From contig DATGDO010000245.1 of NCBI GenBank assembly GCA_035310805.1, forward strand, positions 1 to 52,513: DNA of 52,513 nt. The letters are read 5' to 3'. The position numbers and the translations under genes were made by a program. Under the pieces are notes generated by a model that saw nothing but the letters and a program-made list of their open reading frames with translations, was not told the DNA's origin and ran no database searches. How positions within the stretch are numbered: the stretch's first letter is position 1; each line of letters begins with the position of its first letter. This stretch comes from Solirubrobacterales bacterium. GTDB lineage: Bacteria > Actinomycetota > Thermoleophilia > Solirubrobacterales > 70-9. This document shows positions 18,107-26,791 of this stretch, one piece after another.

Positions 18107-18250
18107 GGCAGTTGATCCTAATCCCCCCGCGCTCGGCCGTTTACCTCCCTTTAGGGAGACGCAACAGCGGCGTTTATGACGCGGTCCTAGCTTTCAGGGC
18201 GGATCCGGGAATCCCCGTGGTCGAGGCTGCGGAATGAAAGCGGACGCACG

Positions 18251-20344
18251 ATGAACCGCCGATTCGGGAGTTGGAGACGCGGTCTGACGGCCGCCGCGAC
18301 CGGGATCGCCGGCGGCACGACGGTGACCGGCCAGCTGTCGGGCGCCCTGCTGGCAGGACGGCATCACGGCGGCGGCCTCTCCCTCCTCCCGCTTCACGCG
18401 CTCGGGATCGCGGGCGGAGCCGGGCTGCTCGTCCTGGCCGCAGGCCTCTGGCGGGGCAAGCGCCGCGCGGCCGAGGTCTCGATCGCCGCCCTCTGCATGA
18501 TCGCGGCGGCCAGGCTCGTTCACGGCATGTCCCCCATTGACGTCGGAATCGACGTCGGCGCGGCCCTCTTCATCCTCCTCAACCTGAGCGCCTTCCCAAG
18601 CGGCTCCGGACGCTGGAGCTCGGGAGGGATCACGGACACGCTGGCCCTCGCGTCCGGAGCGAGCCTCTATGCCCTCTACGCCGTCGCCGCGGTCGCGGCG
18701 ACGGAGGGCACGGAGGTGGATCGGGTGGTCGCGTCCGCCGGCCGCCACCTGCCCGCCGGGGCGATCATCGCCGGGACCGCCTCACATCCGGGCCTGGTGC
18801 TCAATGCCGCGATCGCCGTCAGCCTGGTCTGCGGCTGGGCGATGCTCCGCGCGCTGCTGCGGCCGGCGGCGCCCGTGCGTGGTCACGACCCGGCCGGGTA
18901 CGGCCGGGCCGCCGCGATCGTTCGCGAGCACGGAACCGACTCCCTCGACCCCTTCACGCTGCGTGAAGACAAGTCGTTCCATTTCGCCGCGGGCGGATTC
19001 GTGGCCTACCGGGTGCTCCGGGAGACCGCCGTCGTCTCGGGCGACCCGGTGGGGCCACCCGGGAGCGCGGCGGCGGTCCTGGAGAGCTTCGTGCGCTTCG
19101 CGCAGGAGCGCGGCTGGAACGTCGTCGTCACGGCCGCCTCGGACCGGCACCTGCAGGAGTGCAAGCGCCTTGGGCTGCGGGTACTCCGGATCGGCGACGA
19201 GGCGGTCGTCGACCCACGGCGGTTCAGCCTCGAGGGCCGGCCGATCCGCAAGGTCCGCCAGTCGATCGCCCGGATCAAGCGTCAGGGCTGGCGAGTCGAG
19301 GTGGTCGGCGACCGCGACCTGACGCCCCGGCTGAAGTCGGAGCTGGCCGCCGTCGAGTCGGACTGGCGCTCCCGCCAGCGGCGGTTGATCGGCTTCGCCA
19401 TGACCCTGGGACGGCTCGCCGGCGCCGAGGAGCGCGACATGGGCATCTACGTCCTCGGCAGGGACGCGGCCGGCCGGCTGCGCTCCTTCCTGCGCTTCGC
19501 TTCCTACCGGGGCGGCCTGTCCCTCGACCTGATGCGGCGCGCGGGCGACGAGCCGAACGGGCTCACCGAGGCCCTCGTGGTCGCGGCGATAGAGCATGCG
19601 AAGGCGCTCCAGCTCGGCTCTGTGAGCCTCAACTTCGCCGGCTTCGCCCACGTGATGGCGGCGGACGCGGCCCTGAGCCGGAGCCAGCGACTGCTCCGTC
19701 TGCTGCTGCGGCTGTTCCACGGCCGCTTCCAGCTCGAGCGGCTCGTTCGCTTCAACGCGAAGTTCCTCCCGGCCTGGCAGCCGCGCTACCTCGTCTACGA
19801 CGGCCTCACGTACCTGCCGCTCTCGGCGCTGCGGGTCCTCCAGGCCGAGGCGTACCTCTCGGGCCCCGACGAGCCGCGACGGGCTGGCTTCTTCCGCGGC
19901 GCGCCCGCCTGGGTGCGCGGCGCCTCCGCCGCGGCCGCGATCTGCGTCGGCCTGACGGCATCCACGGCGCTGGTCGGCACCCACGCCACAGCCCGCCCGC
20001 TTCACATCCGCGCCGAGGTGCGGCACTCGGACTGGTCCTTCGTCTACGGCCGTCCGGGTGACAGGACGACGGAGCGATCCCTGTACCTGCCGAAGGACCG
20101 CCCTGTGATTCTGCGGATCGTGAGGCAGAGCGATCGGAGCGACCGGGCGCGCTCAGCGCCGGCCCCGAGGACCTCGCCCAAGCGGACCATCCGCATGGAC
20201 CCGCTCCACCGCGGCGTCATCAGCGTGCAATGCGGAAGCTGCCGGTCCGGCATCTCGGCCGACGTCCTCGGGCCGAAGCGATTCCGCTCGCAGCTCGAGG
20301 CGTTCGCCGCGGGCAGGCCCGGCGCAGGGGTCCATCCGTCGTGA
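18251..20344 (+). CDS. MprF-like aminoacyl-lipid synthase (DUF2156/LPG-synthase C domain) with short TM N-domain and ~160-aa C-terminal extension
   Basis: DUF2156 hallmarks (HGTDSLDPFTLREDKSFHF, VVSGDPVGPP, FAMTLGRL, LSLDLMRR, LNFAGFAHV, LVRFNAKFLPAWQPRYLVY). About 5-6 N-terminal TM helices and an extra TM plus soluble tail after residue ~540. Confidence 0.8.
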   Translation: MNRRFGSWRRGLTAAATGIAGGTTVTGQLSGALLAGRHHGGGLSLLPLHALGIAGGAGLLVLAAGLWRGKRRAAEVSIAALCMIAAARLVHGMSPIDVGIDVGAALFILLNLSAFPSGSGRWSSGGITDTLALASGASLYALYAVAAVAATEGTEVDRVVASAGRHLPAGAIIAGTASHPGLVLNAAIAVSLVCGWAMLRALLRPAAPVRGHDPAGYGRAAAIVREHGTDSLDPFTLREDKSFHFAAGGFVAYRVLRETAVVSGDPVGPPGSAAAVLESFVRFAQERGWNVVVTAASDRHLQECKRLGLRVLRIGDEAVVDPRRFSLEGRPIRKVRQSIARIKRQGWRVEVVGDRDLTPRLKSELAAVESDWRSRQRRLIGFAMTLGRLAGAEERDMGIYVLGRDAAGRLRSFLRFASYRGGLSLDLMRRAGDEPNGLTEALVVAAIEHAKALQLGSVSLNFAGFAHVMAADAALSRSQRLLRLLLRLFHGRFQLERLVRFNAKFLPAWQPRYLVYDGLTYLPLSALRVLQAEAYLSGPDEPRRAGFFRGAPAWVRGASAAAAICVGLTASTALVGTHATARPLHIRAEVRHSDWSFVYGRPGDRTTERSLYLPKDRPVILRIVRQSDRSDRARSAPAPRTSPKRTIRMDPLHRGVISVQCGSCRSGISADVLGPKRFRSQLEAFAAGRPGAGVHPS

Positions 20345-21294
20345 GGTGGCGCGTCGCCGTCCTCCTCGCAGCCGTCTTCCTCGGCACGGGCATCTACGGG
20401 GCTTGGGCATACGTCCGCGCCTACTCCGTCTACCGCGGCTTCCCGCCGCCCTCCGACCCCCACGGCATCCCGTCGGGGCGCCTCGTCGAGGTCCATTTCC
20501 ACTCGCAGGCGCTCGGACGCGAGGACGCCTACATGGTCTACGAGCCGCCCGGGTTCCAGCGGCTGGCCGCCAGGGGAGTCCGCTTCCCCGTCCTCTACCT
20601 CCTCCACGGCACGGTCAGCAACGCCCTCCATTACGTCAACGTCGGGCGCGTCGGCGTGAGCCTCGACGAGCTGCTCGCCGCCGGTCGGACCCGCCCCTTC
20701 CTCGTCGTCATGCCGGAGTCGAGCGACGGCAGCTTCGTCGACGACACCGAATGGGCGAACACCCGGCACGGCGCCTACGAGAGCGCCGTGATGGAGATCG
20801 TTCACCAGGTGGACCAGCACTGGCCGACGATCGCCAACCGCTCGGCGCGGGCCATCGCCGGGCTCTCCATGGGCGGCTACGCGGCGCTCAACATCGGGCT
20901 GCACCACCTCTCCGCCTTCAGCGTGCTCGAGAGCTGGTCCGGCTACTTCAAGCAGACCCGCTCGGGCGTCTTCTCCGGGGCGTCCCCGGCGACGCTGCGG
21001 TTCAACAGCCCCGCGGCCTACGCCCCCTCGATCGCGGCCGCGCTCAAGCGCCTGCCGCTCCACGTCTTCCTCTACAGCGGGCGCCAGGACCGGGTGACTC
21101 GCTACCAGCCGGGCTTCGCCCGCGAGCTACGTGGCCTGGGAGTCTCCGTCCGGGCCGCGCAGCCCCCGGGAGTACACGACTGGAGGCTGTGGCGTGCCCA
21201 GATGCCCGTCGCCCTCCAATACGCCGGGCGGTGGCTCCACGGTCCCGGCTCCGCGGCCCAGCCCGGCCGGGGCCATCCCCGCCGCGCCGGCTGA
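20341..21294 (+). CDS. putative esterase (esterase D / PF00756-like alpha/beta hydrolase), membrane-anchored
   Basis: GTG 20341 overlaps the MprF-like stop (GTGA). N-terminal TM (VAVLLAAVFLGTGIYGAWAY). Nucleophile elbow GLSMGGYAA, plus FPVLYLLHG. Confidence 0.75.
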   Translation: MRWRVAVLLAAVFLGTGIYGAWAYVRAYSVYRGFPPPSDPHGIPSGRLVEVHFHSQALGREDAYMVYEPPGFQRLAARGVRFPVLYLLHGTVSNALHYVNVGRVGVSLDELLAAGRTRPFLVVMPESSDGSFVDDTEWANTRHGAYESAVMEIVHQVDQHWPTIANRSARAIAGLSMGGYAALNIGLHHLSAFSVLESWSGYFKQTRSGVFSGASPATLRFNSPAAYAPSIAAALKRLPLHVFLYSGRQDRVTRYQPGFARELRGLGVSVRAAQPPGVHDWRLWRAQMPVALQYAGRWLHGPGSAAQPGRGHPRRAG

Positions 21295-22146
21295 GCTCAC
21301 CAGCCGCGCCTGAGCAGGGGCGAGGTTCCAGACGGCGACGCCCACCCCGACGAACGCGGCCAGGTGAAGCAGCGCGACGGCGGGGGTCGCCCCGAGCGGG
21401 TCCCCGAACGCGACGAGGCCTGCCAGCACCCCTCCCCCGGTGGCCCCGGCCTCCATCACAGCGATCGCGGTCAGGGGCCGGTTCGTCTGCAGCGCCCGCT
21501 GGAAGCAGAAGAAGGCGGCGATCGCCGTCACGACCGCAACCAGCAGGAGGGGCGAACGGAGCACCTCCGACGGACCGCCCCCGCGCGCCAGGTCGGCCAG
21601 GCCCTTTGTCGAGCTGTCGAGCGCCCCGTAGAAGAGGCCGGCCGATAGCCCCAGGGCCGGATGGCGAAGAGGCCCTCCGACCGCCGTTGCGAGGAGCGCG
21701 GCGAGGAGGATCAGGCCGGCGAGGTAGAGGTCGAGCGTCCCGGCGTCGAAGCTCAGCTGCTTGGCCGGCTCGGAGATCCCGAGCGCCAATGCAGCGAGGC
21801 TGCCGGCCATCAGCGGGACGGCCCGCTTCTCCGTCGTGGTCAGCTCGTGCCTGAACGCGCGGCCGGCGAGCGGCACCACCAGCGCCAGGCCGCCGGCGAC
21901 GAACGCCTGCACGAGGGAGATCGGAGCCAGGGCGAGGGCCGCGAGGTGCAGAAGGAATCCCGCCCCCCCGAGGGCCAGCCCCACGCGCCACCAGGGAGAG
22001 CGCAGCATCGAAGCGAGGGTGCGGAGCGGGCGCCGGGCGCTGACGGGGGGCCGCTCCGCGGCCGTGAGGTGCTGGCACAGATAGCCCGCCCCCTGCGCCA
22101 CGGATGCCGCCACCGCCAGGGCGAGACCGATCAGCACGACCGTCAT
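21127..22146 (-). CDS. polytopic membrane protein (DMT/EamA-like by topology only)
   Basis: About 9-10 hydrophobic helices. It starts 3 nt after the stop of the upstream esterase paralog. Its last ~56 codons overlap the convergent esterase gene. Confidence 0.55.
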   Translation of the reverse strand: MTVVLIGLALAVAASVAQGAGYLCQHLTAAERPPVSARRPLRTLASMLRSPWWRVGLALGGAGFLLHLAALALAPISLVQAFVAGGLALVVPLAGRAFRHELTTTEKRAVPLMAGSLAALALGISEPAKQLSFDAGTLDLYLAGLILLAALLATAVGGPLRHPALGLSAGLFYGALDSSTKGLADLARGGGPSEVLRSPLLLVAVVTAIAAFFCFQRALQTNRPLTAIAVMEAGATGGGVLAGLVAFGDPLGATPAVALLHLAAFVGVGVAVWNLAPAQARLVSSAGAAGMAPAGLGRGAGTVEPPPGVLEGDGHLGTPQPPVVYSRGLRGPDGDSQAT

Positions 22147-22149
22147 CGC

Positions 22150-23148
22150 TCAGGCGCCTCCCCCGTTCGAGAGCCAGTGGCCGGCGAAGCTCAGGGCGAG
22201 ACCCATGTGATCCGCCCAGAGGGCGAAGTTGTGCGGGCCCCCGAAGAGCCGGGTCTCGACGGGGACGCCGAGGGAGCGCAGGCTCGCCGCAAACGGCGCC
22301 TGCTGGACGTGGAGCGGATCGGTCGGGCTGGCGTAGAGCAGGACGTGGATCGGGTCGGCCGCCAGTTGAGCCCGCAGCCCCCCGACGTACGAGGCCGGGC
22401 TGTTGACCCTGAGCGCCGCGCGCGAGGCCCCGGCGAATGGGCCCGTCGGGGTCTGGGTGAAGTAGCCGGACCAGCTCTCCACGGTCGAGAAGAGGCGCAG
22501 GTGGCGAAGCGCGATGTTGACCGCTCCGTATCCGCCCATCGAGAGCCCGGCGATCGCGCGCCCGGCGCGGGAGCCCACGGTGGGCCAGGTCCGATCGACG
22601 CTGCGGGTGAGGTCGATGACGTCGGACGCGAAGCGGCCCCTGGAGGTGTTGGCCCACTCGGTGTCCCCGACCACCGAGCGGTCGGTGGCCTCCGGGATGA
22701 CGATCAGCATCGGCGCCAGGCGGCCGGCCTCCGTCAGGGCGCTCGCCGCCCGTCCGATCCGCCCCCTCTGGAAGAGGTGGCCCGCACCGTGGCGCTGATG
22801 GCGCCCGTCGCCGTGCAGCAGATAGAGCACCGGGAACCGCGTGCCCGCCTTCGCCAGGCGGCTGTATCCAGGCGGCAGGTAGATCAGGTACGAGTCGGGC
22901 CGTCCCAGGGCCTTCGACGCGAAGTGGACCCGGCGCAGGTCACCGCTCCCGTCCCGGGCCTTGGTCAGGTCCCGGCCGGGCAGCGCCGGGTTCGGGTTGA
23001 CGGCAGCGCTCGTGCGCCGGGCCGGCGGGTCATGCCGGGCGGCGCTCGGCCCGTTGCCGGAGAAGCCGTTCAGTGCACCGAGTGCGAGCACGAGCCCGAG
23101 CGCTGAGCCGAGGCCCGTCGCGAGTGCACGTACCCCGATCCGATTCAT
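22150..23148 (-). CDS. putative esterase (PF00756-like), secreted or anchored paralog of 20341-21294
   Basis: Signal/anchor MNRIGVRALATGLGSALGLVLALGAL. Shares FPVLYLLHG, DTEWANT, RAIAGLSMGGYGA and ESWSGYF with the other esterase. Confidence 0.75.
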   Translation of the reverse strand: MNRIGVRALATGLGSALGLVLALGALNGFSGNGPSAARHDPPARRTSAAVNPNPALPGRDLTKARDGSGDLRRVHFASKALGRPDSYLIYLPPGYSRLAKAGTRFPVLYLLHGDGRHQRHGAGHLFQRGRIGRAASALTEAGRLAPMLIVIPEATDRSVVGDTEWANTSRGRFASDVIDLTRSVDRTWPTVGSRAGRAIAGLSMGGYGAVNIALRHLRLFSTVESWSGYFTQTPTGPFAGASRAALRVNSPASYVGGLRAQLAADPIHVLLYASPTDPLHVQQAPFAASLRSLGVPVETRLFGGPHNFALWADHMGLALSFAGHWLSNGGGA

Positions 23149-23252
23149 CGCCTCTCGGGATGCTGCGCCCCGGAGCTGCTCGTCCGATAAAGGCAGCCTT
23201 CGGGGTCTCTAAACGGTCGTCAGCGGGAATTTCGCGGCGTAAGCTGAGTGTG

Positions 23253-23807
23253 ATGGAGGCGATCGCAGCACGGCGCTCGCGGGTAAGGCCCGCCCGGCTC
23301 GGCCGCCTCGCCGATTCGCTGGCTCCGGCCGGCGCCTTCCTGGTCGCCTTCGCGTCGCTCTTCGCCGGCATCGGGATCCTCTACCTGATCCGCGACGAGT
23401 CCATGCTCCGGATCGGTCCCATGGTGCCCGGCGCCCTGCCCCTCGAGCAGCTGGCCGGCCGGGACGGCCAGCCACTCGCCCACATGGTGATCGCCTGGGT
23501 TTCAGCTGGACTCGTCGCGGGCCTCGCGCTCACCTCCCTCACCAGCTTGGGGGCCGTGGCGAAGACCGCTTGCCTGGCCCTGCTCTCGGCGGTCACGCTC
23601 CTGCTCGCCGGGGCCCTCTCGGATTCCATCGCGGTCAACGACCCGCTCTCGCCGCACCTCGCGCCGCAGCTCTCGCGGGCAGGGACCTGGATCGCGGTCG
23701 GGCTGTTCACGGGCGGGTCTGCCGCATCGGCCCTGATCGGGGTGCGTCGCCGAGAGGCCGCGAGCGACAGCCCGGGGAACGTGAGCGGCGCAAGCGCGTC
23801 CCGCTAG
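23253..23807 (+). CDS. hypothetical integral membrane protein (about 4 TM)
   Basis: Hydrophobic helices throughout, with ATG 23253 (GTG 23250 possible). No domain recognised. Confidence 0.45.
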   Translation: MEAIAARRSRVRPARLGRLADSLAPAGAFLVAFASLFAGIGILYLIRDESMLRIGPMVPGALPLEQLAGRDGQPLAHMVIAWVSAGLVAGLALTSLTSLGAVAKTACLALLSAVTLLLAGALSDSIAVNDPLSPHLAPQLSRAGTWIAVGLFTGGSAASALIGVRRREAASDSPGNVSGASASR

Positions 23808-25528
23808 CCGAACGTGAACGCGTAGCCGGAGATCCCGGGGGCGAAGATCAGGGAGAGCCGGTGCCGTGAGACGGCCGGCAGGTCCACCAGGCGGTAGAGC
23901 CGCTGGACGTCGATCGTGGCTCGCCCGTGGCGGACGTCGGCCCCCGCCAGCTTCGCCGGGATCGGCCTGCCGTCGAGGAGCACCTGGATCTGGCGGGCCT
24001 GGTCCGGGGAGCCCAGCACCAGGAAGACTCGCCGGGCGTTGAACTCGAGGTCGATCTCGCCGCCGACGCCGGATCTCGCGTACTCGTCCGTGATCCCCCA
24101 GTCGCCCGCATAGGCGAACCGATCGGCGGCGAGCTCGGCCGGGGCCGCGCCGAAGCCCTGGTCGCCCGGATGAACCGCGGTGACCCAGCCGCGGGCACGG
24201 GCGGCTCCGAGGTAGGTCTCGGGCGTGATCGCTCCGCTCGAGGGTGCCTGTCCGGTCGCGCGGGCGCCCGCTCCGAGGTCCTGGTGGCCGGCCTCGCGCA
24301 GCAGGCTGCGAATCGCGAGCTCGGTCTGCGCGTAGCCGCCCTCGCCGAAGTGGGCGTCCCGGACGTTCCCCTGCGCGTCCACGAGGTAGTCCGCCGGCCA
24401 GTACTGGTTGCCCCAGGCGTCCCAGGTCGCCAGGTCGTTGTCCTGGACGACCGGGTAGGTCAGATGGTTCTGGTGGATCGCGGCCTGGACGTTGTCCGCG
24501 TCCTTCTCGAACGGGAACTCGGGCGAGTGGATCCCGACGACGGTGAAGCCCCGGCTCCCGTAGCGCTGCTGCCAGGCCTCCAGATAGGGCAGGGTCCTGA
24601 TGCAGTTGATGCAGGTGTAGGTCCAGAAATCGATCAGGACCACCTTTCCGCGCAGCTCGCTCAGCGAGAGCGATTCGCCTCCGGGGGTGTTGAACCACTT
24701 CTGCGTCCCGGTGAAGTCCGGCGCCTGCCCGTAGGTCTGGAGGGTGAGGGAGTTGTCGAGCTTTGACGGGTCGACGATCGGCTTGCCGGCCTGCCTGACC
24801 TTCGCGAGGTCGGCCGCCACCACGCGGCTCTTCTCGAGACCGCCGCTCGGGTTGACCAGGAAGCCGGGCAGGTCGCTCGCGATCGCGGTCTGGAAGCGGG
24901 TGTCCAGGTTCGCGGTCATCGCCACGGCGACGATCACCATGACCGCGCCCATCGCCATCTGGATCCGGCCGCGGACCGGCGCCAGCCGCTGAGCGAGACG
25001 CCGGCCGCCGAGCAGGAGCAGGTAGAGGACGATCGCCGAGCCGACCGCGTAGGAGAGGGCGACGGCCAGGCGTCCGGCGGTGAAGTCCTGGGCGGCGCTG
25101 ACGACGATCACGCCGGCGAGGATCGGGCCGGCACAGGGCGCATAGACGAGCCCGAGGCTGGCGCCCACGACCAGGCCGGAGCCGAAGCCGTCGCCCCGGA
25201 GGCGAGCCGGGCCCGGGGTGAAGCTGCTGGCGAAGGCCTCGACCCGGTCGCCGAGCGGCGGGATCAGCAGCGAGATCCCGAAGGCGAACAGCACGACGAT
25301 CGCGAGGTCGCGCGCGAACCCGTTCGGCAGGCCGAGGGCGTCGATCACGTAGACGAGCCCAACCGTTGCGAAGGTGAACGAGATCGCCAGGCCCGTGACA
25401 ACGCCAAGCGGCCTCCGCCTGCCGCCCGTGACCCCGGCCGAGAGCACGGCCGGCAGGATCGGGAGAACGCACGGGGACAGGGCGGTGCCCGCCCCGGCCA
25501 CGAGCGCGAACAGCATCAGCAGTGCCAT
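23804..25528 (-). CDS. DipZ-like protein: CcdA/DsbD membrane domain + thioredoxin-like domain + C-terminal beta-rich domain
   Basis: CcdA N-terminus (GTALSPCVLPILPAVLS ... YAPCAGPIL), Trx-like domain with CxxC (VLIDFWTYTCINCIRTLP), and a ~150-aa C-terminal domain as in mycobacterial DipZ. Confidence 0.8.
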   Translation of the reverse strand: MALLMLFALVAGAGTALSPCVLPILPAVLSAGVTGGRRRPLGVVTGLAISFTFATVGLVYVIDALGLPNGFARDLAIVVLFAFGISLLIPPLGDRVEAFASSFTPGPARLRGDGFGSGLVVGASLGLVYAPCAGPILAGVIVVSAAQDFTAGRLAVALSYAVGSAIVLYLLLLGGRRLAQRLAPVRGRIQMAMGAVMVIVAVAMTANLDTRFQTAIASDLPGFLVNPSGGLEKSRVVAADLAKVRQAGKPIVDPSKLDNSLTLQTYGQAPDFTGTQKWFNTPGGESLSLSELRGKVVLIDFWTYTCINCIRTLPYLEAWQQRYGSRGFTVVGIHSPEFPFEKDADNVQAAIHQNHLTYPVVQDNDLATWDAWGNQYWPADYLVDAQGNVRDAHFGEGGYAQTELAIRSLLREAGHQDLGAGARATGQAPSSGAITPETYLGAARARGWVTAVHPGDQGFGAAPAELAADRFAYAGDWGITDEYARSGVGGEIDLEFNARRVFLVLGSPDQARQIQVLLDGRPIPAKLAGADVRHGRATIDVQRLYRLVDLPAVSRHRLSLIFAPGISGYAFTFG

Positions 25529-25593
25529 TTGGGTCCAGACTCGGAGAGGGGCCGATCGTTACGCCGGGTCCTCAGGCGCGGATCAACGCCGGG

Positions 25594-26718
25594 TCAGCCT
25601 CGCCCCGCCCGCCGCACCCGGTGGACCGAGGTCTCCCCGCTGATGCCCTTGAAGCGGCGCTTGCCCGCGAACGAGAAGCTGAACCGGTGGCCGTCGGCCG
25701 ACTCGAGCGCGTCCTTGACGCCCTGGGCGACGACCACGCTGTCGGGGCGGGCGAAGCCCGTGATCCGCGCCGCCAGGTTCACCGGGCGCCCGTACCAGTC
25801 CCCACCGCGCCCCAGCGCCTGTCCATTGGCGACGCCCGCCCGCAGGGATGGGATCTCGTCGCCCCCCGCGGCTTCGACCAGGCCCATGACCGCCTCGAGC
25901 AGCGGCAGCGGCTCCCGCGATGCGAACATCGCCGCGTCGCCGATCATCTTGACCAGCCGGATCGGGGGCCTGGCGGCGTCCGAGGCGAGCTCGAAGAGGC
26001 GGCCCGTGAGCGTCCCGATCTGCTCGATCTCGAGCGACTCGCCGAGCCGGGTGAACCCAACCAGGTCGGCGAAGGCGATCGTGATCTCGTCGGTCCCCGA
26101 GAGCCTTCCCTCGGCGAGCTCTGCCTCCGAGATCACCGCCTGGCGAATCGCCTCGCGAAGGTGGATCCGATACGCATGCAGCAGGGTGTCGCCGAGGATC
26201 GGCGACATCGTCTTCGCGGCGGCCGCGTAGCGCAGCGCCAGCTCCCGCTCGTCGATGCCCGGCTCGGTGAAGACCTCGCCGACCATCTCGCGGTTGGCGT
26301 CGGCGAGGCTCGCCATCGAGATGCCGATCAGGCGGGACGTCTCCAGCACCCCCTCCTCCGGCAGGCCGGCGTCGAGGAAGAGCTTCGCCCGCCCGGCGGC
26401 CTCGAGGTCGTGCTCTCCCCAGGCGCGCTCGTCGTCCGCCGGCATCGGCGCGCCGAGGGCCTGAAGCAGCCGCACCAGGAACTCGTGCTCGAGCCCGGCG
26501 CGTTCCGCGATCTCCGCCGCGGTGTAGCGCTCGTCGCCCGAATCGAAGACCCGCTCCACCGGCAGCAGCACGAGCCGGTTCTCCTCGACCGCCCGCTTCA
26601 GCTCCTCCAGGGGGACGCCGGCGTCCGAGAGCTCCTCGAGCAGGGCGAGCCTGGCCTCGCGCGCCCTGCCCTCGAGGCCGTCGAGCAGGCCCTCAGCCGC
26701 GAAGTCGATACCGCCCAC
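25594..26718 (-). CDS. class III adenylate/guanylate cyclase with N-terminal helical sensor/regulatory domain
   Basis: Cyclase core (ITIAFADLVGFTRLG ... VKMIGDAAMF ... RAGVANGQALGRGGDWYGRPVNLAARI). Confidence 0.8.
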   Translation of the reverse strand: MGGIDFAAEGLLDGLEGRAREARLALLEELSDAGVPLEELKRAVEENRLVLLPVERVFDSGDERYTAAEIAERAGLEHEFLVRLLQALGAPMPADDERAWGEHDLEAAGRAKLFLDAGLPEEGVLETSRLIGISMASLADANREMVGEVFTEPGIDERELALRYAAAAKTMSPILGDTLLHAYRIHLREAIRQAVISEAELAEGRLSGTDEITIAFADLVGFTRLGESLEIEQIGTLTGRLFELASDAARPPIRLVKMIGDAAMFASREPLPLLEAVMGLVEAAGGDEIPSLRAGVANGQALGRGGDWYGRPVNLAARITGFARPDSVVVAQGVKDALESADGHRFSFSFAGKRRFKGISGETSVHRVRRAGRG

Positions 26719-26791
26719 GCGGGGATCCTAGGGTCCGGCCGGGAATGTCAAGCCCGCCATCTTGCTTCCTGACGGACCTAGAATCGACGGG

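Noticed and set aside
20346-22657. Very long Arg/Pro/Gly-rich ORFs (502 aa plus strand at 20346-21854, 537 aa minus strand at 21044-22657, 481 aa plus strand extending to 23106)
   Set aside because: These are off-frame or antisense shadows of the esterase and membrane-protein genes. Their composition (RRRPRG...) is characteristic of wrong-frame translation in GC-rich DNA.
23502-25472. 656-aa minus-strand ORF overlapping dipZ in another frame
   Set aside because: It is a wrong-frame shadow. The 574-aa frame carries the CcdA and thioredoxin motifs, and this one carries none.
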